The position numbers and the translations under genes were made by a program. The notes beneath the pieces were generated by a model. That model had not been told where the DNA came from. It saw nothing but the letters and a program-made list of their open reading frames with translations, and searched no databases. Below, piece after piece: positions 55,524-64,000 of a DNA stretch of 64,000 bases; the first letter of the stretch is position 1; every line of letters begins with the position of its first letter. The stretch comes from an uncultured bacterium (GTDB taxonomy: Bacteria > Planctomycetota > UBA1135 > GCA-002686595). The DNA is taken from the NCBI GenBank assembly GCA_943787795.1, contig CALSNU010000001.1, positions 1,384,285 to 1,448,284 of the forward strand, given 5' to 3'.

Positions 55524-58394
55524 TCAGTCCTTCACGGGCGTCGGCCACAGCTCACGCCAGTCGCCGATGCCCGCCTGGCGCGGGGCGCCGGCGACCCGGT
55601 CGAGGGTGGCGGAGGAGACCCGGACGTCCTCGAGGGCCGTCTCGGAGAGCACCTTGCCGCAGGCCTCGGCGATGGAGTCCGCGTCCAGGTGCTGGTACTT
55701 GAAGACCTCGGAGGGCCGCCCGCACTTGGAGAACTTCCGCACCGCCAGGGTCTCCTGGCGCACGCCGACGATCGAGCCGATGTTGTCCAGCAGGCCCGCC
55801 TCCCCGTCGCACACGGCGACGATGGGGACGCGCCGGCCGGCGAGGCCCGCGAGGCCCGCGGCGTCGGTCTCGCCCGAGGGGACGAGGTGCAGGTTGCCGT
55901 CGATGCCGAGCCCGTCCTTGAGGTGGCGGTAGTCGGACTCATGGCCGAGGATGCCGAACAGCAGCTCGGGCGAGCTGACGTGGATCACGTTGGCGTAGAT
56001 GCCGCGCTCCAGCAGCGCCTTGGAGGCCTCCACCGCGCCGTCGGCCAGGGAGCCCATGGCGAAGACGTGCACCACGTTGTCGCCCGGCTCGTAGCCCGCG
56101 TAGCCGCGGTAGTCGACCAGGTAGTACCCGCCGTCCATCACGTCGGCGCGCACGCCGGCGAGGATCTCGTCGGCGGGCATCGTGGCGACCGTCGACTCGT
56201 CCGTGGCGCCGTCCCAGCTCGCGCCCTTGGGGGCGAGGAGGCCGGCGTCGTGGCCCTTGTAGCGAGCCTGGGTCTTCATGAGCTGGACGAGCTCCTTCTG
56301 CTTGGCGGCCCGCGTCACGGCGCGGATGAGCACGCCGCGGCGGCCGTCGTTGTCGTCCTCCATGTGGCGCCGGATGGCGTCGGAGAGGATCCAGTCCACC
56401 TCGATCGCGAACAGCGGCTCCCAGGTGATCAGGTTCGGGATCTGGATGTCGCTCTTCCAGGAGTGCTGCGCGCCCTCCGGCGACAGCGTCACGCCCGAGG
56501 GCGTGCCCATGACGACGAACTCGGCGCCCCAGTAGAGGTTGTAGTAGAGCTGGTCGAGGGCCCGTTTGATGAAGAAGTCATAGACCGTCATGATCGGGAA
56601 GAACGGGATCCCGACGTAGTGGGCCATCTTCCCGAAGGAGCCGACCGCGGTCATGGCGTTGGCCTCGGCGATCTCGAAGCGGATGTGGCGCGTCCAGGCG
56701 TCCTGGGTCGCCACCAGCTCGGGGTGCTTGTACTTGACCTCGAGCTCCTTGCCGATGGTCCCGTCCTCGCGGTCGGGGCCGTAGATGCGCTCGTTGAGCA
56801 CCGACGAGATGTTGGTCGAGGTGCCCACGTCCGGGGACATGGTCATCACGTACTCGGCGGACGCGGCCCAGCGGCGCTCGTGCTCGGTCAGGTCCTGGGC
56901 GCCCTGCACGTCGTTGCGCCGGCGGCCCTGGCGGGCGTCGGTCACCGCCGAGCCGATGCGCACGAGCTTGGCGGCCAGCTGGCCCCACATCCACTGGGTG
57001 TGGGCGACGGGGAACAGGGACAGGTCGATGTCGAGGGACTCGGGGATGGGCCCCGCGGCCGCGATGTCCGCCTGAACCTTGGCCTTGTTGCGCTTGCGCA
57101 GCGCCTCGTGCTCGTCCATACCCGCGCGGAACACGTCCCGGCGCGCCATGAGGAAGTCGCTCTCCTCGGTGCCCTCGGTGAAGCGCTGGAAGGGGTCCTC
57201 CAGAGAGAGGCCGTGCTCCCCGAGGATGGCCTCGATCTCGCCGCCCTTGGGCAGGGTCGAGTGGTTCGCCGGATCGGCGAGGCACTCGAGCCCCCAGCCC
57301 TTGAGGGTGTGGGCGATGATCATGTACGGCTCGTCGGACTCCTCGCGGGAGCGCGCCAGCGCCTCGCGGATGGACTCGTAGCAGTGGCCGCCCATGTCGA
57401 GGAGCATGCAGATCACCTCGTCGTCGGAGAGCGCCTTCATGCCGGCCTTGGTGCCCGCGTGCTTCTCGGCGAAGACCCGACGCGCCGCCTCGGCGTCGCG
57501 CTTGAGCACCAGCATCTGGAACTCGTAGTCGGTGAGCCCGCGCTCCAGCACCTCGCGGATGGCGTCGCCGCCCTCGCCCTTGAAGATGGCCTCGCGCAGC
57601 TTGCCGTGGCGCACCTGGATGACGCGCCAGCCGTTGGCGAGCGAGGTCTGCTCGATGCGCTCGGCGTCCGTCTGCTCAAGGCCGCGCTCGTTGGGGATGC
57701 GCGTGCCGTCGAGGTTCTGGCGGTTGTAGTCGATGATCCAGGTGACGTTGCCCAGGAGGCGCTCGGCGAGGTCCGGCATGGCCTCCAGGAGCGAGCCCTC
57801 GCGGAACTCCGAGTCGCCGATCAGCGACCAGAAGTGCGCGTTCTCGGGCACGTCCCAGCCGTGGTCCTTGGCGTAGCGGTAGGCCAGCGCCAGGTAGCCC
57901 GAGACCACCGGCGGGATGCCCACGGTGCCGGACGGCAGGAAGTGGAAGTGGTCGGCGTCCGCCCGAGCGTGGTAGCTCTGGAAGACGTGGGGGCTGTCCT
58001 CGGTGGGGAAGCGCCGCAGGCCGGCCATGGTCTTCTTGGCCTCCTCCTCGGTGAACCAGGTGTCCCCGCGGGCGCCGGGGTTCGGCTCGAACCAGTCCAC
58101 GTGATCGTTGTGACGGAACAGGTCCATCAGGTTGTGCAGGGAGTGGTCCACCGGCGACGCGTGCGGCTTGCAGCACACGAAGTCCTGGGGCTCGCGCACG
58201 TCCAGGTGCAGCGCCGACAGGATGTGCATGGCGCTGGCGCAGGAGGCGGGGTGCCCGCCGACCTTGGGGTCGCCGAGGTCCTTCTCGCGGTTGTTGGCCA
58301 TGTGGATCATGGCCATGGCCTGGGCGAAGGCGCGTCGGGTGATCCGCTCCTGGACTGAGGAGCTGGCGGCGTTCGGGGTCGCTTTGGTGATCAT
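55524..58394 (-). CDS. aceE: Homodimeric 2-oxoacid (pyruvate) dehydrogenase E1, AceE-like
   Basis: GGHPAS, ThDP motif GDSEFREG...DYNRQ, HTLKGWGL, IAEANA and GVTLSPEGAQH. Confidence 0.82.
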   Translation of the reverse strand: MITKATPNAASSSVQERITRRAFAQAMAMIHMANNREKDLGDPKVGGHPASCASAMHILSALHLDVREPQDFVCCKPHASPVDHSLHNLMDLFRHNDHVDWFEPNPGARGDTWFTEEEAKKTMAGLRRFPTEDSPHVFQSYHARADADHFHFLPSGTVGIPPVVSGYLALAYRYAKDHGWDVPENAHFWSLIGDSEFREGSLLEAMPDLAERLLGNVTWIIDYNRQNLDGTRIPNERGLEQTDAERIEQTSLANGWRVIQVRHGKLREAIFKGEGGDAIREVLERGLTDYEFQMLVLKRDAEAARRVFAEKHAGTKAGMKALSDDEVICMLLDMGGHCYESIREALARSREESDEPYMIIAHTLKGWGLECLADPANHSTLPKGGEIEAILGEHGLSLEDPFQRFTEGTEESDFLMARRDVFRAGMDEHEALRKRNKAKVQADIAAAGPIPESLDIDLSLFPVAHTQWMWGQLAAKLVRIGSAVTDARQGRRRNDVQGAQDLTEHERRWAASAEYVMTMSPDVGTSTNISSVLNERIYGPDREDGTIGKELEVKYKHPELVATQDAWTRHIRFEIAEANAMTAVGSFGKMAHYVGIPFFPIMTVYDFFIKRALDQLYYNLYWGAEFVVMGTPSGVTLSPEGAQHSWKSDIQIPNLITWEPLFAIEVDWILSDAIRRHMEDDNDGRRGVLIRAVTRAAKQKELVQLMKTQARYKGHDAGLLAPKGASWDGATDESTVATMPADEILAGVRADVMDGGYYLVDYRGYAGYEPGDNVVHVFAMGSLADGAVEASKALLERGIYANVIHVSSPELLFGILGHESDYRHLKDGLGIDGNLHLVPSGETDAAGLAGLAGRRVPIVAVCDGEAGLLDNIGSIVGVRQETLAVRKFSKCGRPSEVFKYQHLDADSIAEACGKVLSETALEDVRVSSATLDRVAGAPRQAGIGDWRELWPTPVKD

Positions 58395-58641
58395 CGAGGG
58401 TCGGTCGGTGGTCGCTGGGGGGGGCGCGGACGGCTGCCTGTGCCCTTCCAAGGTGCGGTCTCGGGGGCGAGCGGCGGAGGCGCGGGGCCGTTCCGGCGGA
58501 CCATTGTAGGACGCAAGAGGGGGCGCGTGGGGAGCGCGAAGGGAGTATCACCTCGCGCAGGGCTTCCCACCGCTCGCCCGCGTGGGGAGCGGCGCGGCGC
58601 GGCGCTCGCGAGAGGGGGCTTCCGCGGAGCTCACGTCGGGG

Positions 58642-58695
58642 CGGCTCAGCGGGCTCAGCGAGGTCAGCGGGCTCAGCGGTGCAGCGCTCAGCGGC
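58642..58695. repeat. 9-bp tandem repeat (GGCTCAGCG-like) at the GT4 stop codon
   Basis: ggctcagcg ggctcagcg aggtcagcg ggctcagcg followed by degenerate copies. Confidence 0.65.
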
Positions 58696-59809
58696 GCAGG
58701 GCCGCCTCGTACAGGTCGCCGTAGGTGGCGACCATGGCGTCGAGGGAGTAGCGCTCCCGCACCCGCTTGAGCCCCGCCGCGGCGAGGTCGCCGCGCTGAT
58801 CCGTCGCACCCGCGAGCCGGCCGATGGCGCCGGCCAGCTCCGCCTCGACCCGGGGCCCCAGGGGCACGACGAACACCCGGCCCTGGGGCGGCAGGGTCTT
58901 GCTCACGTCGCCCACGTCCGTCGCCACCACGGGGACCTCGGCGGCCATGGCCTCGAGGAGCGACACGGGCTGCTGCTCGGAGTCGCTGGTGATCGCCATG
59001 GCGTCGAAGGCGGAGTACGCCCCGGCGAGCTCGGTGAGGTGCCCGGTGAGGACCACCTTGATCTTGCCCTCGGCCGCGGCGGCCGCCTCCTCGATGGCCC
59101 CGCGCTCGGGGCCCTCGCCGACGACGCAGACCACGAGCGGCTGGTCGCCGGGGAGCAGCGCGTCGGCCGCGGCCCGCACCAGGCGCGGGAAGTTCTTCAC
59201 CGGGCGCAGGTGCCCCACAGCGCCGAGCACGAAGGCCTCTGCGGGGATCCCGTGGGCCTCCCGGAAGGCGGCGCCGGCCGCCGCGTCCCGCCGGAAGCGG
59301 TCCGCGTCGATGCCGTTGGGGATGAGGTGCGAGCGGGAGAGGCGCCAGGTCTTGCGCGCGATGCGCAGCAGGTTCTCGCTGGGCACCACCAGGTCGGTGG
59401 ACCGCAGGCTCACGCGGCGGGCCCAGTTCCGGCGCGAGTGGAGGCGCTCGGCCTCGTCGGCGTTGAACCCGTCCTCATGGTGGACGTGCCGGTGGAGTCG
59501 GGCGCTGCGCGCGGCGAGCACGGCGTCCATGGAGCCCCAGTTGTAGGTCAGCAGCAGGTCCGGCTGGACGCGCTGGAGCAGCTCGCGGCAGAAGCGCACC
59601 CCGGCCATGGCCCCGTCGGGCGGTGCCCACGGGAGGGTCTGGACGTCGGCGCTGCGCACGATCCCCATGGCCTCGGTGTTGTTGTCCGTGGCTACCACGG
59701 TGTGGCGGAAGCGGTCGCCGAGAGCGTCCATCAGCAGCACGGATCGGACCTGCTGCCCGGCGGGGCAGAAGGTCGAGAAGACGTGCAGGAGGTGTGCGGG
59801 GTCAGCCAC
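58688..59809 (-). CDS. Glycosyltransferase family 4
   Basis: IPNGID, VGHLRPVKNF, VGEGPER and SEQQPVSLLEAMAAEVPVVATDVG. Confidence 0.9.
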   Translation of the reverse strand: MADPAHLLHVFSTFCPAGQQVRSVLLMDALGDRFRHTVVATDNNTEAMGIVRSADVQTLPWAPPDGAMAGVRFCRELLQRVQPDLLLTYNWGSMDAVLAARSARLHRHVHHEDGFNADEAERLHSRRNWARRVSLRSTDLVVPSENLLRIARKTWRLSRSHLIPNGIDADRFRRDAAAGAAFREAHGIPAEAFVLGAVGHLRPVKNFPRLVRAAADALLPGDQPLVVCVVGEGPERGAIEEAAAAAEGKIKVVLTGHLTELAGAYSAFDAMAITSDSEQQPVSLLEAMAAEVPVVATDVGDVSKTLPPQGRVFVVPLGPRVEAELAGAIGRLAGATDQRGDLAAAGLKRVRERYSLDAMVATYGDLYEAALRR

Positions 59810-59862
59810 GCGCGGATCGGGGGGACAGTGGGGCTTGGGTCAGGCGGTCCGAGGGAAGGCGT

Positions 59863-59934
59863 CGGGGAGCGCCCCGGGGAGCGCCCCGGGGGACGCGCCG
59901 GGGAGCGAGCCGGGGAGCGCGCCGGGGGACGCGA
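59863..59934. repeat. 6 x 12-bp G-tract tandem repeat (CGGGGAGCGCSC-like)
   Basis: Units at 59863, 59875, 59887, 59899, 59911 and 59923. Confidence 0.8.
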
Positions 59935-60455
59935 CCACCGATGGGCCGGCGCGCCGCGGGGGGCGGGGCGCATGGTCCCATGGGCGTGGGGCGGTTTCCA
60001 GCCCGCAGGGGCGGGCAAGCAGCGGCCCGAGGGCCGCCATCGCCCCCGAGGAGCGCCCTTGGGTTCGGGCCCGCCCCGTCCCGACCCCCGGCCCACGCGC
60101 GGCACCTGCGGGAGCAGCGGTGGCCGCGGGAGCCCGCGCGAGCGTCACGCTGACCTGTCGCCCGGCTCCAGCGCGGGTGAGGCCCGGAGCGCAGGAGCGG
60201 CGGCCTCCCGCGTGCCAGCTCTTGCCCGCTCCTCCCCACGGCTCCCCGCAGCTCCCCGCAAGGTCCCCACAAGGCGGCCCCTGGTCCCCGCAGGGGCCCC
60301 TGCGGGTCGAACGGGGCCCCGAGAGGCCGAATTCCCTGCGAGGGGCTTCACCGCGGCCCGCCGAGATGTCGATCTCCCCGGTACTCCTCCTCAGGGGCCC
60401 GATCCGTCCGATTCCCGTCGGACCCGGGCCCCGTTTTCGTGGGCGGGGCGGCACC

Positions 60456-60510
60456 CAGCAGGACCCCAGCAGGACCCTGGCAGGACCCCAGCGGGGTCCC
60501 AGCAGGATCC
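60456..60510. repeat. 5 x 11-bp tandem repeat (CAGCAGGACCC-like)
   Basis: Units at 60456, 60467, 60478, 60489 and 60500. Confidence 0.8.
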
Positions 60511-60638
60511 CAGCCGGCAGCCCGCTGATGCGAGGCGGACGCCCGGCCGCGGCGGCCTGAGGTCCGGACGGCCCGGGATCCCTGGTCGTGGCGCGGGGAT
60601 CGCCCGCGGCGCTGGATCGGCGCCCGGCCGGCGGATAA

Positions 60639-63859
<3,221 letters not shown>

Positions 63860-63934
63860 CCGGGCGGTAGGGCGTGGCCCCTGTGGACGGCCCGTGGCGT
63901 CGAACGGTCGCCACAGGGCCCTCCACCGCCCCTC

Positions 63935-64000
63935 CTACTGGAACGTCACCGCCACCGCGTCCGTGAAGTTTGACGTGGTCTGCCCGCCGAGCGCGTCCCG
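63935..64000 (-). CDS. 3' end of a protein running off the window (…RDALGGQTTSNFTDAVAVTFQ*)
   Basis: Open frame from 64000 to TAG at 63935-63937 with typical codon usage; convergent on guaA. Confidence 0.65.
   Translation of the reverse strand, partial: RDALGGQTTSNFTDAVAVTFQ

Overview
High-GC bacterial chromosome segment, most likely from a Planctomycetota member (Minf_1886-family gene, HEAT/vWA and TPR-peptidase proteins, few Shine-Dalgarno sites). Most of it is housekeeping: ald, uppP, tmk-holB, rsmA-dnaG-rpoD, selB, rho, a GldAFG-like ABC system, kgd, an aceE-like E1, guaBA, tRNA-Val(GAC) and tRNA-Pro(CGG). The best candidate for a new system is the minus-strand operon at 842-7740. It pairs a NodU/CmcH carbamoyltransferase and a short SxtJ-like membrane protein with an SGNH enzyme that carries a fused SxtK/DUF5989-like tail ending in FIYTLF, followed by two GT-C glycosyltransferases. 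The tail matches the tyrosine acyl-shuttle motif of DltX and AlgI/PatA, which suggests (by inference) an MBOAT-free relay for carbamoylating the cell envelope. Other notable signals are a 186-bp duplicated NUDIX 3' end flanking a low-GC cargo gene (an integration scar), a DnaG with a duplicated C-terminal hairpin, a ~1400-aa acidic stalk protein split inside a tandem repeat, an actinobacterial-type Kgd near an AceE, and many short intergenic tandem repeats. Several single-base homopolymer indels suggest long-read assembly errors. Family assignments come from motif recognition, not database searches.
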